DNA of 64,000 nucleotides from an uncultured Actinomycetota bacterium (GCA_963711655.1 CAVQEW010000006.1:66662-130661); one strand, 5' to 3'. Counted from the stretch's first letter, positions 48,169 to 61,778 are shown. The notes: generated from the sequence alone by a model not told the origin. Numbers and translations are program-made.

Positions 48169-48288
48169 GTTCGACGCTCACTCCGGGTCGAGGTGGATGC
48201 GACGCCGCCATCGACCTCTCGTCGAGCTCTCGTCTCGAAGGGTCCGCCGAGACAAGACCCTCCACCCCCGCGACCATGCACCTCGACG

Positions 48289-49483
48289 TCACCTCGACCC
48301 CTCGATCCCCAAGAGGTCGACGAAGCTCTCCCCCTCGAGACCCGTCCCGTCGGCCCCGAGCAGCTCGAGCACGGTCTGTCCGAGATCGCTGAACGATCCC
48401 CTCGTGCCGATGTCGTGCGGCCCGCCCTCGAGGCCCGCGGCGAGCAACGGCGTCCGCTCGCGAGAGTGGTCCGTGGGTGGAGTCGTCGGGTCGCACCCGT
48501 GATCGCCCGTGATCAGCAACACGCCCCCGTCCAGCGCCGCGATCAGCTCCGGCAGCCTCCTGTCGAACGCCTCGACGCACGCGGCGTAGCCCTGAGGGTC
48601 GTTCCGGTGGCCGTACTTCGAGTCGAAGTCGACCAGGTTGGTGAAGACGAACGCGGGCGGAGGCCTCCGCAGGTACTCGAGCGTCAGATCGACCCCGTGA
48701 TCGTTGGAGTCCGAGTAGCGCCCCTCCGTGATGCCCTGGCCGGAGAAGATGTCCTGGATCTTGCCGACCCCGAGGACGGCGACGCCGGCACCCTGCAGCG
48801 TGTCGAGCACGGTGGGGCCCGGCGGTGGCACCGAGAAGTCCCGACGCTCCGGGCTCCTCACGAACGCGCCGGGTTCCCCCTCGAACGGTCGGGCGATCAC
48901 GCGTCCGACGTTGTGCGGGCCGGTGAGGAGCCGGCGGGCGGCGCGCGACCACTCGTAGAGGAGCGGCAGGTCGACGACCGACTTGTGCGTCGCGATCTGG
49001 AACACGGAATCGCCGGACGTGTAGACGATCGGGCTCCCCGTCCGCAGATGTTCCTCGCCGAGCTCGGCGATGATCTCCGTACCCGAAGCCGGCCGGTTCC
49101 CGAGCACCGTCCGGCCGATGTCCCGCTCGAAGGCACCGATGAGGTCCGAGGGGAACCCGTCCGGGTACAGGGGGAACGGCTCGTCGAGACGGATCCCCAT
49201 CATCTCCCAGTGGCCGGTGGTGGTGTCCTTGCCGGCCGAGCGCTCGGTGGCGCGGCCGTGCGCGGAACCCGGCGCCGGCGCGGCGTCGACCCCTCGGATG
49301 GTGGTCAGCAACCCGAGACCGAGCGAGGCGAGGTTCGGTGCCTCGGATGCCGCCGACCGCCTCGGCCGTGTTCGCCAGCGTGTCGGAGCCCGCGTCCCCG
49401 TACGCGTCGGCATCCGGCGCATCGCCGACCCCCCACGAATCGCACACGACGACCAGCACCCGCGGGACCAGCGCCGCCGTCAT
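48289..49483 (-). CDS. deoB: phosphopentomutase, frameshift near 49343
   Basis: The N-terminus 'VLVVVCDSWGVGDAPDADAYGDAGSDTL' is in one frame. 'GKDTTTGHWEMMG' and 'ITGDHGCDPT' are in the frame of ORF 48289..49422. Confidence 0.85.
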
Positions 49484-49851
49484 CGCCGGCCCGCCTGCTG
49501 CTTGCAGTCGATGCAGAGCACGGCCCACGGCAGCGCCTCGAGGCGCTCGAGCGAGATCGGTTGCCCGCAGCGTTCGCAGATCCCGTACGTACCGGCATCC
49601 ATCTTCGCCACGGCCCGCTCGACGTCGAGGAGGTTCGAACGGAGGGCGCGCAGGACCGCGATCACCTGCGAGCGCTCCCCCGTGCTGTGGCCCCGATCCG
49701 CGAAGCCGGCGTCCGCCACGAACTCGACGTCGTCGGAGTCCGGATCGGCGCCCTGCGACTCGATCTCGCTCCGCAGGAACGCCCGATGCCGCAGCAGCTC
49801 CTCCCGGAGCCCGGAGCGGGCCGCCTCGTCGAGAAGACCTCCTCCCATCAC
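49480..49851 (-). CDS. DksA/TraR-family C4 zinc-finger protein
   Basis: '[31 protein letters not shown]'. Confidence 0.75.
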   Translation of the reverse strand: MMGGGLLDEAARSGLREELLRHRAFLRSEIESQGADPDSDDVEFVADAGFADRGHSTGERSQVIAVLRALRSNLLDVERAVAKMDAGTYGICERCGQPISLERLEALPWAVLCIDCKQQAGRR

Positions 49852-50786
49852 GCGCGCACGGGCCGGCGGGCGCGGGGATGCGATCCCTCGTAGACCTCCC
49901 GGAGGTGCCGGGTGGTGACGAGGGTGTAGATCTGCGTCGTCGCGACGCTCGCGTGACCGAGCAGCTCCTGCACCACCCGCACGTCGGCTCCGCCTTCGAG
50001 GAGGTGCGTGGCGAAGGAATGACGCAGCGTGTGGAGGGTGACGCGCCGATCGATCCCGGCGAGCCGCACGTAGCGGCCGAGGAGCCTGGCGCAGCTCTGG
50101 CGCGACAGACGGCCGCCGCGCGCGTTCAGGAACAGCGCGCCTCGGCTGAGGGTGGTGGCCAGCGCGGGCCGGCCGCGGGACAGGTACGCCCCCACCGCCT
50201 CACGTCCGAACGAGCCGAGGGGAACCTCGCGTTCCTTGCCACCCTTGCCGAGCACGCGGAGGCTCCCCTCATCGAGCTCGAGGTCGTCGACGTCCATCCC
50301 CGTGAGCTCCGAGATCCGCAGCCCGGCCCCGTAGAGCAGCTCGAGGATCGCCCGGTCGCGTACGCCGGTGGGCGTCGCGTCGTCCGGCGCTTCGAGCAGA
50401 CGCCGCACGTCGTCGACGGGCAGCGGGCGCGGCAGCGACCGGGGCAGCCGAGGCAGCGGGATCGCGGCGGCGGGATCGCGATCCGTCACACCCTCCCGCA
50501 GCAGGAACCGGTGGAACGAACGAACGGCGGAGAGCGTCCGGGCGACCGAGGTGGCACGGTACGGTGCGTCGTCCGGCCCGTGGGTGGAGGCCGAGAGCGA
50601 CGCGACGAACGACCGGATGGCTCCCTCGTCGACCGCCCGGGGATCGTCCACATCTCGGTGGCCGAGGAACCCCACGTATCGGCGCAGGTCGCGGCGGTAG
50701 GCATCCAGGGTGTTCTCCGACAGCCCCCGCTCCACGGCCAGGTGGCCGAGGTAGCGCTCCGCTTCCGCCGCGAGGCCGTCCGCCAA
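49848..50786 (-). CDS. xerD: site-specific tyrosine recombinase XerD
   Basis: The SAM-like N-domain is '[23 protein letters not shown]'. The catalytic motifs are 'GLRISEL', '[12 protein letters not shown]' and '[13 protein letters not shown]'. The flanks are housekeeping. Confidence 0.8.
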   Translation of the reverse strand: MADGLAAEAERYLGHLAVERGLSENTLDAYRRDLRRYVGFLGHRDVDDPRAVDEGAIRSFVASLSASTHGPDDAPYRATSVARTLSAVRSFHRFLLREGVTDRDPAAAIPLPRLPRSLPRPLPVDDVRRLLEAPDDATPTGVRDRAILELLYGAGLRISELTGMDVDDLELDEGSLRVLGKGGKEREVPLGSFGREAVGAYLSRGRPALATTLSRGALFLNARGGRLSRQSCARLLGRYVRLAGIDRRVTLHTLRHSFATHLLEGGADVRVVQELLGHASVATTQIYTLVTTRHLREVYEGSHPRARRPVRA

Positions 50787-50797
50787 CGCCGCGCTCC

Positions 50798-51923
50798 TCA
50801 GCCCGCCCCGGCGATCAGGTCATGGAGCGGCACGTACGCCAGCCCGTGAGCTTCCGCGACGCCCTCGTTCGTCAGCGAGCCGTCGTAGACGTTCACGCCG
50901 CCCGCGAGGACGGGGTCCGCGCGGACGGCGCCTTCCAACCCCTCTTCCGCGATGGCCAGGGCGTACGGCAGCGTGACGTTCGTCAGCGCGTAGGTCGAGG
51001 TGTTGGGCACGGCCCCGGGCATGTTGCCGACGCAGTAGTGCACGACGCCGTGGACCGTGAACGTGGGGTCGGAATGGGTCGTCATCCGCGACGTCGCGAC
51101 ACAGCCACCCTGATCGATCGCGATGTCGACGATCACCGATCCGGGCTTGCATCGACGCCACCATCTCCTCGGACACGATCACCGGCGCCTTGGCACCCGG
51201 GAGCAGCACGCTGCCGATCACGGCGTCCGCCTCGCGCACGCGTTGCTCGAGGGTGAGCCGGTCCGACATCAGCGTGATGATCCGGCCCTGGTGGATCTGG
51301 TCGATGAAGCGGAGCTTGTCGAGGTTCTTGTCGACCACGATCACCTCCGCCTCCATCCCCGCCGCGATCCCCGCGGCGTTCGCGCCGGCCATCCCGGCAC
51401 CGAGGACGAGGACGCGCGCCGGCCGCACGCCCGAGACGCCACCGAGCAGCACGCCGCGGCCGCCCGCCTCCTTCTCGAGGAATCGAGCGGCCACGTGCGG
51501 GGCCATCCTGCCGGCGATCTCGCTCATCGGCGCGAGGAGCGGGAGGCGGCCGTCGACGAGCTGGACCGTCTCGTAGGCGACCGCCTGGACCTTCCGACGG
51601 ATCAGCTCATCCGTGAGCGCGGGGTTCGCCGCGAGGTGGAGATAGGTGAAGAGGATCTGCCCTTCCCGCATCGAGGAGTACTCCGACGCGATCGGTTCCT
51701 TGACCTTCAGGATCATGTCGGCGCCGCGCCAGACGTCCTCGGCGGACGACACGAACTGCGCTCCCGACCGCTTGTAGCGCTCCTCGGAGAGGCTCGAGCC
51801 GAGCGCCGCTCCTTCCTCGATCAGGACCGTGTGTCCGGCGTCGACGAGCTCGCGCACCCCTTCCGGGGTGGCCGCGATCCGGAACTCGTTGTCCTTGACC
51901 TCTTTGGGGATGCCGACGATCAC
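50798..51923 (-). CDS. ald: alanine dehydrogenase, frameshift near 51150
   Basis: '[23 protein letters not shown]' and '[14 protein letters not shown]' are in one frame. '[11 protein letters not shown]' and '[12 protein letters not shown]' are in the frame of ORF 50798..51136. Confidence 0.85.
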
Positions 51924-51996
51924 GCCCGCCCCTCTCCCTGGCCGTCTCGGCCTTGGCCAGACCTTGGCCTTGGCCTGGCCGGACCTCCGGGTCAGC

Positions 51997-52512
51997 CTAC
52001 CCCGCGACCCTTCGGGCGTCGGTGAGGAGCAGCGCGAGGGCGGTCTTGGCGTCGTCGATCCGACCGGCGCGGGCATCGGCCACCGCAGCGTCCAACGGCC
52101 GCCGGACGACCTCGATGCCCTCCTCCTGTGCGCGTTCCGGTTCCGCCTCGGTCCGGGCGACGAACAGGTGCACCAGCTCGCTCGAGGATCCCGGCGACGT
52201 GTGGAAGGTCGCGAGCGGTTCGAGGGAGGTGTGCCGGAACCCGGTCTCCTCGAACAACTCCCGCGCCGCGCAGCTCGCCGGGTCCTCGCCCTCGACGTCG
52301 AGCAGTCCGGCGGGGATCTCCTCGATCGGCCGACGGGCGCCCGCTCGGAACTGGCGGACCAGGAGCACGTCGCCGTCCGGTGTCAGCGGCAGGACCGCGG
52401 CCGCGTCCTTCGGCCGGACCACCTCCCACGTCCCGATGCCGGGCCACTCCTCCTCGTCGACGCGGATCCAGCGCCCGCGGAAGACGGCCCGCGACCCGGA
52501 TGGCTCGGCCAA
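51997..52512 (-). CDS. NUDIX hydrolase (ADP-ribose pyrophosphatase-like)
   Basis: 'GLLDVEGEDPASCAARELFEETG' is the Nudix box. I inferred a TTG start 4 nt after the pyrG stop. Confidence 0.75.
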   Translation of the reverse strand: MAEPSGSRAVFRGRWIRVDEEEWPGIGTWEVVRPKDAAAVLPLTPDGDVLLVRQFRAGARRPIEEIPAGLLDVEGEDPASCAARELFEETGFRHTSLEPLATFHTSPGSSSELVHLFVARTEAEPERAQEEGIEVVRRPLDAAVADARAGRIDDAKTALALLLTDARRVAG

Positions 52513-52516
52513 CGGC

Positions 52517-55027
<2,511 letters not shown>

Positions 55028-55031
<4 letters not shown>

Positions 55032-55720
55032 GCCCTCCTGCGCAGCCTGGGTCGGGAGAACGCGCGTGCGACGACCGCCCCGACGATGTCCACGCCCTGT
55101 CGGGCGCGGTGCGCGAACCCGCGCGGTCCGCGCCCGGTCGGCCGGTGCGTCAGTCCCTCGATCGGGATCTCGACCACCCGGAGGCCTGCCCGGACCGCGT
55201 CGATCGTCATCCCCACCTCCAGGCCGAACCCGGGCGCCAGCGGGCGCACCGCCGCCAGCGCGGAGGCGGTGAGCGCTCGCTGCCCCGAGAGCGGCTCACG
55301 GGGATCGAAGCCGCAGGTGACTCGGATCGACCGCGCGGCGGCCCTCTTGATGATCCCGAACCCGCCGCCGGTGAGTTTCGGGAAGGCGGCGATCGCGATG
55401 TCGGCGCGGCCCTGTTGGACCGCTTCGACCAGGGGCCCCAGGAGCGCCGCGCTGTCGGCGAGATCGGCATCGGCCAGCAGCCACGTCGTCGCGGAGGGCA
55501 GCCGCTCCAGCGCTTCCTCGATCGCCCGACCCTTGCCTCGGCGGCGGGAGGCTCGCAGGACGGTGGCGCCCGCGAGCAGGGCTGCCGAGCTCGTGGCGTC
55601 CTCCGAGCCGTCGTCCACGACCACGACCTCGTCCACGAGGGCGTGCAGCGCCGAGACCGTGCTGGCGATCCGGTCCGACTCCTCGTGCGCGGCAACCAGG
55701 GCGACGACGTTCCGGTCCAT
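55028..55720 (-). CDS. glycosyltransferase family 2
   Basis: 'VALVAAHEESDRI' and 'VVVVDDGSEDAT' resemble the DxD-containing GT-A fold. The internal ATG 55720 overlaps the stop of the upstream gene (TGATG). Confidence 0.7.
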
Positions 55721-56667
55721 CACGTGCGACAGGATTGCGGCGGCTCGTCGGCACCCGCGACGAGCATCATCGAATCTCCCCGGACGCCGTAGTCCGCTCC
55801 CGGCCGGAACGCGGGGTCGTCGTCCGCCAGGAGCCGGTCGATCCCCAACACCATCGTGATCCCGCCCACCCCTTCGAGGTCGAGGTCGTCGACGGTCACC
55901 AACGAGCAATCCGGGATCTCGGGAGCTCCGCGGACGGCGGTGACGAAGCCGTACGCGTCCTCGCTCGGACCCGCGGCGGTGGTGGGGACACCGAGCCGAA
56001 CGAGCCGGTCCGTGAGCGGGACGAGCAATCGCCTCGGGGGTCGGGAAGCCCTCCGGCGCCACCCCCCCGGCGACGATCACGACGAGCTGGCCGGCGCCGC
56101 CGATGCCGAGCAGCCCGGCCGGGTCCAGATCCCGATCCGCCGTCACGAAGCCTTCCTCGAGGAACCGACCGAGCACGTCGTCATCGCCCTTGGAACACGC
56201 CCTCCGCCAGACGGGTGGCGAGCGCCCCCGTGATCGCCAGCCGGAGGTCCTCCGGATCGGCGGCCGGCAGGCCGAGGATCTCCTCGAGGACGGGCGCGTT
56301 CTCTTCGTTCTCGGTCTCCGCCAGGCTCCGCGTCAGCGAGAGGGTGGCCAGGACCTCGACCCCCGCCGCGCCGAGTTCCTGCACCGCCCGCGGCGCGGGA
56401 CCGTCGACGCCGTCCAGCGTGATCACGACCGCTTCCTCACCGAAGAGCGCGTCGTCTCGGAGGGTCGGCTGCAACGACCGGATGAACTGCTCCGTGAACG
56501 CCGCGTCGGCTCGCGCCGCATCCCGCTGCTGGACCGCATCGGTGTAGTTCCTTCTGGATCTGTTCCACGAGCCCTTCGTTGATCACGGACGTGCCCGCGA
56601 GGATGCCGAGGCCGAAGGCCAGGACGACGGCGACGAGCGACACGACGTGATAGCGCCAGGAGATCAC
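55720..56667 (-). CDS. copper-transporter-like membrane protein (MctB position), at least 3 frameshifts
   Basis: The N-terminus 'MISWRYHVVSLVAVVLAFGLGILAG' matches the family. The remainder is split over ORFs 56181..56474, the 56025-56176 segment and 55720..56028. Confidence 0.55.
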
Positions 56668-57854
56668 GGGAGCGACCGGATCCAGTCCACGATCCCGTCG
56701 AGGGTCTGACGGAGATAGAGCTGGAGCGCGTCCGAGGCCGCCAGCATCAGGCCGAGAGCGACGAGCACCGCGCCCACCAGCAGCACGATGTCACGCGGCT
56801 TCGCCCGACCCGGGTAGATCCGTGCCACCCCCTTCGCGTCCATCAGGATCTCGCCGACGCGCAGACGCACGAGGAAGGTCGACGACATCCCCAGCCGCCC
56901 CTTGTCGAGGAACTCTCGGAGGTTCCCGTGCGTGCCGACCGCCACGATCAGCTCGGCGCGACGCTCGTGCGCGAGGAGGAAGGCGACGTCCTCGCTCGTG
57001 CCCGCCGAGCGCACCTCGACGTAGGGGATCTCGAGTCGTTCGAGGCGGGCCCGCCCCGGAGCCCGGCCGTCGGGATAGGCGTGGAGCACGATCTCGGTCG
57101 AGATGCGGTGCCTCCCGTGGATCAGCGACAACGCGCGGTCGGAGATGCTGTCCATGTCGCCGATCACGACGTCGGGAACGTAGCCCGCGTCGAGCAGGGC
57201 GTCGGCACCTCCGTCCACGCCCAGGAGCACAGGCTTCACATCCCGGATGTAGGAGCGAAGGGCAGCCAGGTCCTCCCGGTACCCGTAGCCGCGCACCACC
57301 ACGAGGACGTGCCGACCCGCGATCGGGTGACGGAGCTCGGGGAGCCCCGCCCCGCCGAACAGCAGGTCGCGCTCCTCCCGCATGTACTCCAGCGTGTTCC
57401 GCGCGAACCCTTCGAAGCGCTCGTCCACGGCTTCCCGGGCCGACTCCATCGCCTGGAGGATCGATCCCCGATCCTGCCGGACCCCGACGGCGACGAGCCG
57501 GTCCCCGGAGAAGAGTCGATCGTGCTCCAGCCGGAGAGGATCGCCCTCCCGGATCTTCTGGAGCACCAGCGTGCCGACCTGGTCGACGAGCGGCACGCCG
57601 GCCTCCTCCAGGATCATGGGTCCGAGGTTGGGGTAGCGACCGCTGATCGACGGGGCCGCGTTCACCACGGCCGCGACGCCGGCGCGCACGAGCGCCTCGG
57701 CCGCGACCCGGTCGAGGTCCTCGTGGTCGATGACGGCGACGTCGCCCGGCTCGATCCGGGAGACGAGCTCCTTCGTACGACGGTCGATCCGAGCCTTCCC
57801 ACCCGGCTGGATCCGGGTTCGGGCCGTTCGGAGCCGAAGCAGCTTGGCGGCCAG
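56664..57854 (-). CDS. steA: SteA-like cytokinetic ring protein, start unresolved
   Basis: 'AAVVNAAPSISGRYPNLGP' and 'DVVIGDMDS' are present. In-frame upstream sequence 'GKARIDRRTKELVSRIEPGDVAVIDHEDLDR' belongs to the family, but no canonical start codon precedes it. Confidence 0.7.
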   Translation of the reverse strand: MAAKLLRLRTARTRIQPGGKARIDRRTKELVSRIEPGDVAVIDHEDLDRVAAEALVRAGVAAVVNAAPSISGRYPNLGPMILEEAGVPLVDQVGTLVLQKIREGDPLRLEHDRLFSGDRLVAVGVRQDRGSILQAMESAREAVDERFEGFARNTLEYMREERDLLFGGAGLPELRHPIAGRHVLVVVRGYGYREDLAALRSYIRDVKPVLLGVDGGADALLDAGYVPDVVIGDMDSISDRALSLIHGRHRISTEIVLHAYPDGRAPGRARLERLEIPYVEVRSAGTSEDVAFLLAHERRAELIVAVGTHGNLREFLDKGRLGMSSTFLVRLRVGEILMDAKGVARIYPGRAKPRDIVLLVGAVLVALGLMLAASDALQLYLRQTLDGIVDWIRSLP

Positions 57855-57927
57855 TGCGTCCCTTCCCCGACCGAGAACCGTCCCCCGGCCGTTCCTCGAG
57901 TGGGACGAGGGTAGCCGAGAGCGCCCC

Positions 57928-59634
57928 TCAGGTGACGGCGGCCGCCTTCCCGAGAGGCGCGGACGCCTCTCGGAGCCGCTCGGCCTCGGCGAGGAGCTCC
58001 TCGGCGTGGGTGACGGCGCTCTCGCTGCCCGCGAGGCCCGCCAGCATCCGGGAGAGCTCCTCCGTCCGGCCCGGCCCCTCCAGGAGATCCACCGACGCCG
58101 TACCGGCGTGCTTCGTGACGCGGAGGTGCCGATCCGCGAAGCACGCGATCTGCGGCAGGTGCGTGACGACCAGCACCTGGCGCCCCGACGCGAGACGGGC
58201 GAGCCGCCGTCCCACCGCGAGACCGGCCTGACCGCCGATGCCCGCGTCGACCTCGTCGAACACCAGCGTGCCGATCTCGTCGAGGTCCGCGAGGACGCTC
58301 CGGCACGCGAGCATCACGCGGGAGAGCTCGCCGCCGGAGGCGGCCTTGGCGAGCGGCCGCGCGGGCTGGCCCGGGGACGCGGAGAACCAGAGCTCCGCGC
58401 GCTCCGCGCCGCCCGGCCCCGGCTCCTCGAGGGTCGACGAGGCGGATCTCGAACACGGCGCCCGGCATCCCGAGCTCCTCGAGCTCGTTCCGGACCGCCT
58501 CCTGGAGGGAACCGCCGCCCTCGAGCGCCCGGCGGTCACGATGGCGGCGCGGTCGCGCACCTGCTCGGATGCGGTCTCGAGGGCCGCCTCGAGCTCCAGG
58601 ATGCGATCGTCGGCGCCGGCCAGCAGCCGGAGCCGTTCGGCCGCTTCGGTCAGGAACGCCGCGACGTCGGCGTCGGTCGGACCGTACTTCCGATGCAGCT
58701 GCTTCAGGTCGGCGATCCGCTGGCGGACGGCCTCGAGGCGCTCGGGGTCGGGAAGGAGCGCCTCCCCGTAGGCGCGCACGTCCCGGGCGAGCTCCGCGAT
58801 CTCGGTGGCGAGCCCCCGAGCCCGCTCGGACACCTCCGTCGCCGACGGATCGAGCTCCGCCGCGCTCTCCAGGACCGACGCCAGACCGGCCGCGGCGTCC
58901 GCGATGCCCTCCTCCCCGGTGAGAGCGTGCTCGGCAGCGGAGGACTGTTCCAGGAGTCGCTCGACGTGCGCGAGCCGTCCCTCCTCGGCTTCCAGTTCGG
59001 CGGTCTCGCCGTCGCGGGGACCGACGGTTTCGATCTCGTGCACCTGGTACGCGAGGAGGTCGAGCTCCCGCTCCCGGCCACGCGCCACCTCCTGCAGCTC
59101 GTCGAGCTCCGCTCGGGTGGCGCGCAACCGATCGAACGCCTCGCGATACGTCCCGAGCGCGACGAGATGGGCGTCGCCGGCGGAGCGGTCCAGGAAGCCG
59201 GTCTGCACGGCGGGCGCGAGCAAGCGCTGCGTCTGCCCCTGCCCGTGGTGTTCGACCAGCCCGGCGCCGAGCTCGGCCAGCGCCGAGGCCGTCGCGAGCT
59301 GACCCCCGATGCGCGCGGTCGATCGCCCGTCCCGCGCGATCGATCGCGCGAGGATCACCTCGCCGTCCTCCGCCCAGTCGCCGGCCGCGTCGGTGGCGTC
59401 GAACCGAGCCTGCACGCGAGCCGCGGAAGCTCCCTCCCGAACGAGCGAGGCCGACCCCCGCTCGCCGAGCGCCAGCAGGAGTCCCACGGTGACCATCGTC
59501 TTGCCGGCGCCCGTTTCGCCGGTGAGCACGTTCAACCCGGGCGCGAGCTCGAGCTCGAGGTCGTCGATCACCCCGAGGCCACTGATGTGGAGCTCGCGCA
59601 GCACGGCGAGGATGCTAGTGACCTCCCCTGACAT
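57928..59634 (-). CDS. recN: DNA repair protein RecN, with an internal ~97-nt out-of-frame segment
   Basis: 'LNVLTGETGAGKT' and 'ASGGELSRVMLA' are present. Between ~58537 and ~58440 the family-like sequence 'RRALEGGGSLQEAVRNELEELGMPGAVFEIRLV' lies in a different frame. The start is ATG 59634 or GTG 59604. Confidence 0.85.
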   Translation of the reverse strand: MSGEVTSILAVLRELHISGLGVIDDLELELAPGLNVLTGETGAGKTMVTVGLLLALGERGSASLVREGASAARVQARFDATDAAGDWAEDGEVILARSIARDGRSTARIGGQLATASALAELGAGLVEHHGQGQTQRLLAPAVQTGFLDRSAGDAHLVALGTYREAFDRLRATRAELDELQEVARGRERELDLLAYQVHEIETVGPRDGETAELEAEEGRLAHVERLLEQSSAAEHALTGEEGIADAAAGLASVLESAAELDPSATEVSERARGLATEIAELARDVRAYGEALLPDPERLEAVRQRIADLKQLHRKYGPTDADVAAFLTEAAERLRLLAGADDRILELEAALETASEQVRDRAAIVTAGRSRAAVPSRRRSGTSSRSSGCRAPCSRSASSTLEEPGPGGAERAELWFSASPGQPARPLAKAASGGELSRVMLACRSVLADLDEIGTLVFDEVDAGIGGQAGLAVGRRLARLASGRQVLVVTHLPQIACFADRHLRVTKHAGTASVDLLEGPGRTEELSRMLAGLAGSESAVTHAEELLAEAERLREASAPLGKAAAVT

Positions 59635-60469
59635 CTCGCCCCCCGGGTGGATCGCCGGGGAGGTCGAACTTGTCGCGGACACGCGTCAGGAACCCCGGGC
59701 GGTCGTCCTTCGCCACGAGCCGCGCGGGGCGAGGTGCGGCGAGGATCCGGATCCTCGAACCGACCGGGAGCTCGATCCCCTCGCGTCCGTCGGCCGAGAC
59801 CACGCCGGGCTCGTCCCCGACGACCTCGAGCACCACCTCCTGCCCCGCCCCGAGCACGAAGGATCGGTCGAAGACCATGTGGGCGGCGATGGGGGTCACG
59901 ACCAGGCACGGAACGCTCGGGCTCACGATCGGCCCGCGGGCCGAGAACGAGTACGCCGTCGAACCGGTGGGCGTCGCCACGACGACGCCGTCCGCCGAGA
60001 ACGTCGTGACGTACTCGTCTCCGACGTGGACCGCGAGGCGCACCAACCGGTGGCGGGTCCACTTCTCGACCATGATCTCGTTCATCGCCCACTGGACGGG
60101 GAACGGGTTCCCGTCCGCGGGCTCGGCCATCACCGCGAGCCGCTCCTCGACACGGGCTCGGCCGTCGAGGGCCGCCCGGACGAGCGCGATCGCCTCGGGC
60201 CCGGGCTCGATCTCCGTGAGGAAGCCGAGACGACCCACCTTGACGCCGAGCACGGGACAGTCCGCCTCGGCCGCGACGCGCGCGGCCCGGAGGAACGTCC
60301 CGTCCCCGCCCACCGAGACGACCAGATCGGGCCGTTCGTCGCGCACGTCTTCGGGATCCCTGGCGATCCGCGTCGTCACCGCTTCCGCTTCCAGATCTCG
60401 CCGCAGGTCCTCGGCCGTCTCGACGGCGGATGCGCGACCTTCGTGCACGACGAACGCGACGAGGCTCAT
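59615..60469 (-). CDS. nadK: NAD kinase
   Basis: '[16 protein letters not shown]', 'NEIMVEK' and '[16 protein letters not shown]' are present. The internal ATG 60469 overlaps an upstream TGA (ATGA). Confidence 0.85.
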   Translation of the reverse strand: MSLVAFVVHEGRASAVETAEDLRRDLEAEAVTTRIARDPEDVRDERPDLVVSVGGDGTFLRAARVAAEADCPVLGVKVGRLGFLTEIEPGPEAIALVRAALDGRARVEERLAVMAEPADGNPFPVQWAMNEIMVEKWTRHRLVRLAVHVGDEYVTTFSADGVVVATPTGSTAYSFSARGPIVSPSVPCLVVTPIAAHMVFDRSFVLGAGQEVVLEVVGDEPGVVSADGREGIELPVGSRIRILAAPRPARLVAKDDRPGFLTRVRDKFDLPGDPPGGRDVRGGH

Positions 60470-61277
60470 CCGGCCGCCGCTCCCTCTGCGCGCGCCGATC
60501 GCGGCGTCGATGTCGAGCGGACCGGCTGCTCGCTTGACCTCGGCTCCGATCCGTCGCGTGGAGGAGGAACTCGGCGTTGCCGGCGGGCCCTCTGATCGGC
60601 GAGGCGATGACGCCCGCCGGGTCGGCTCCACCCCGTTCCGCGGCCGCAGCGACGTCCTCGATCGCTCGGCGCCACACGGCCGGATCCCTGACCACGCCGC
60701 CCGCCTCCACGTGCTCCCGGCCGGCCTCGAACTGCGGCTTGACCAGCAGGACGAGGTCCGCGACAGGGTCGGCCGCCTGGATCAGCGGCTCGACCACCGA
60801 GCGGAGCGAGATGAACGAGAGGTCGGCAGTCACGAGCGAAGGGCGGTACGGCAGCGTCTGTCAGGGCGAGCGCTCGGACGTCCGTCTTCTCGAGGACCGT
60901 CACGCGCGGATCGGTTCGGAGCTCCCAGGCGAGCTGAGCGGCCCCGACGTCCACTGCCACCACATGACGCGCGCCTCGCTGCAGCAGGCAGTCGGTGAAA
61001 CCGCCGGTGGAGGCTCCCGCATCGAGGCAGTCTCGGCCGGTCGGGTCGATCGCGAACGCGTCGAGCGCGGCGGCGAGCTTCTGCCCTCCCCGAGAGACGA
61101 AGGGGCTCTTCGGCCCGAGACGGCGAGCGCCTCGTCTCCCGCCACGAGCGTCGTGATCTTGGTGGCCGGCGCGCCCCGAACCGTCACGTGACCGTTCCGG
61201 ATCGCTTCGTGCGCCTCCTCCTGGCTCCCCGCGAGCCCACGTCGCACGAGCTCGACATCGAGGCGTCGGCGGGGCAC
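60466..61277 (-). CDS. tlyA: TlyA-family rRNA 2'-O-methyltransferase, at least 3 frameshifts, 3' end ambiguous
   Basis: The S4 N-terminus is '[24 protein letters not shown]'. '[13 protein letters not shown]', '[15 protein letters not shown]', 'DLSFISL' and 'LVKPQFE' are spread over three frames, joined near 61125, 60845 and 60565. Confidence 0.75.
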
Positions 61278-61290
61278 GTGGCCGTACCCG

Positions 61291-61728
61291 TCAGGAACCG
61301 CTCGAGGGCTTCCGACGAGCGCTCGTCGTCTTCTTTCTGGCGCCGGACTTCTTGCGCGTGCTCGGCGTTCGGGCGCTCGGCGTTCGGGCGCTCGGCTTGG
61401 TGGCCGCCGTCTTCCGTCCCGCCGACGAGCGGCCGGACGCGGTCATCCCGGCCGCGCGCTCGAGGTCCCGCACGCGTTTGCGAAGCGCGTCGAGCTCCTC
61501 CTGGGTCGCCGCACCCATCGAATGGAGCTGTTGGGAGACCTCCTTGCGGACCGTGTCACGCATCCGCTGCGAGAGCTGGATCAGCTCTCCGGCCGTCTTG
61601 GCGACCTGCTCCTTCGCGGCGCCGGGCTCCAGGTATCGCTTGGCGAGCTCCTGCGCCTTGGCGGGAGTGAGCTGCCCGATCACGGCGTCGAAGGTCTTCC
61701 GGATGTCGTCGATGACCATCGTGTGCAT
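61291..61728 (-). CDS. hypothetical coiled-coil protein with basic Lys/Arg/Ser/Thr tail (phasin-like)
   Basis: The internal ATG is preceded by AGGAGG. 'TPAKAQELAKRYLEPGAAKEQVAKTAGELIQLS' is followed by a basic tail. Confidence 0.5.
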   Translation of the reverse strand: MHTMVIDDIRKTFDAVIGQLTPAKAQELAKRYLEPGAAKEQVAKTAGELIQLSQRMRDTVRKEVSQQLHSMGAATQEELDALRKRVRDLERAAGMTASGRSSAGRKTAATKPSARTPSARTPSTRKKSGARKKTTSARRKPSSGS

Positions 61729-61742
61729 CCTCCTATTTGTTC

Positions 61743-61778
61743 TTTCGTTGGCTGTTTCGTTGGCTGTTTCGTTCGGTG
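61743..61778. repeat. 12-bp tandem repeat TTTCGTTGGCTG x2 plus the variant TTTCGTTCGGTG
   Basis: Read directly. The patch is AT-richer than its surroundings and lies 15-50 nt upstream of the 61728 start (minus strand). Confidence 0.75.

Noticed and set aside
46006-49893. A 1295-aa plus-strand ORF, with similar giants at 2603..5041 (beyond tatC), 51953..54172, 57730..59631, 29809..31491, 43980..45599 and 41959..43698.
   Set aside because: They are Arg/Pro/Gly/Asp-rich and of low complexity. They lie antisense or out of frame to genes with clear family motifs (deoA/deoB, pyrG, recN, gcvP, scpA/trpS). Such stop-free shadow frames are expected in GC-rich DNA.
49848-50786. A tyrosine recombinase as a marker of an integrated mobile element, and likewise tRNA-Pro at 37926-38000 as an integration site.
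   Set aside because: The recombinase has XerD-type motifs and sits in the conserved pyrG-nudix-xerD context. No attachment-site-like direct repeats, phage genes or transposase genes flank it or the tRNA.
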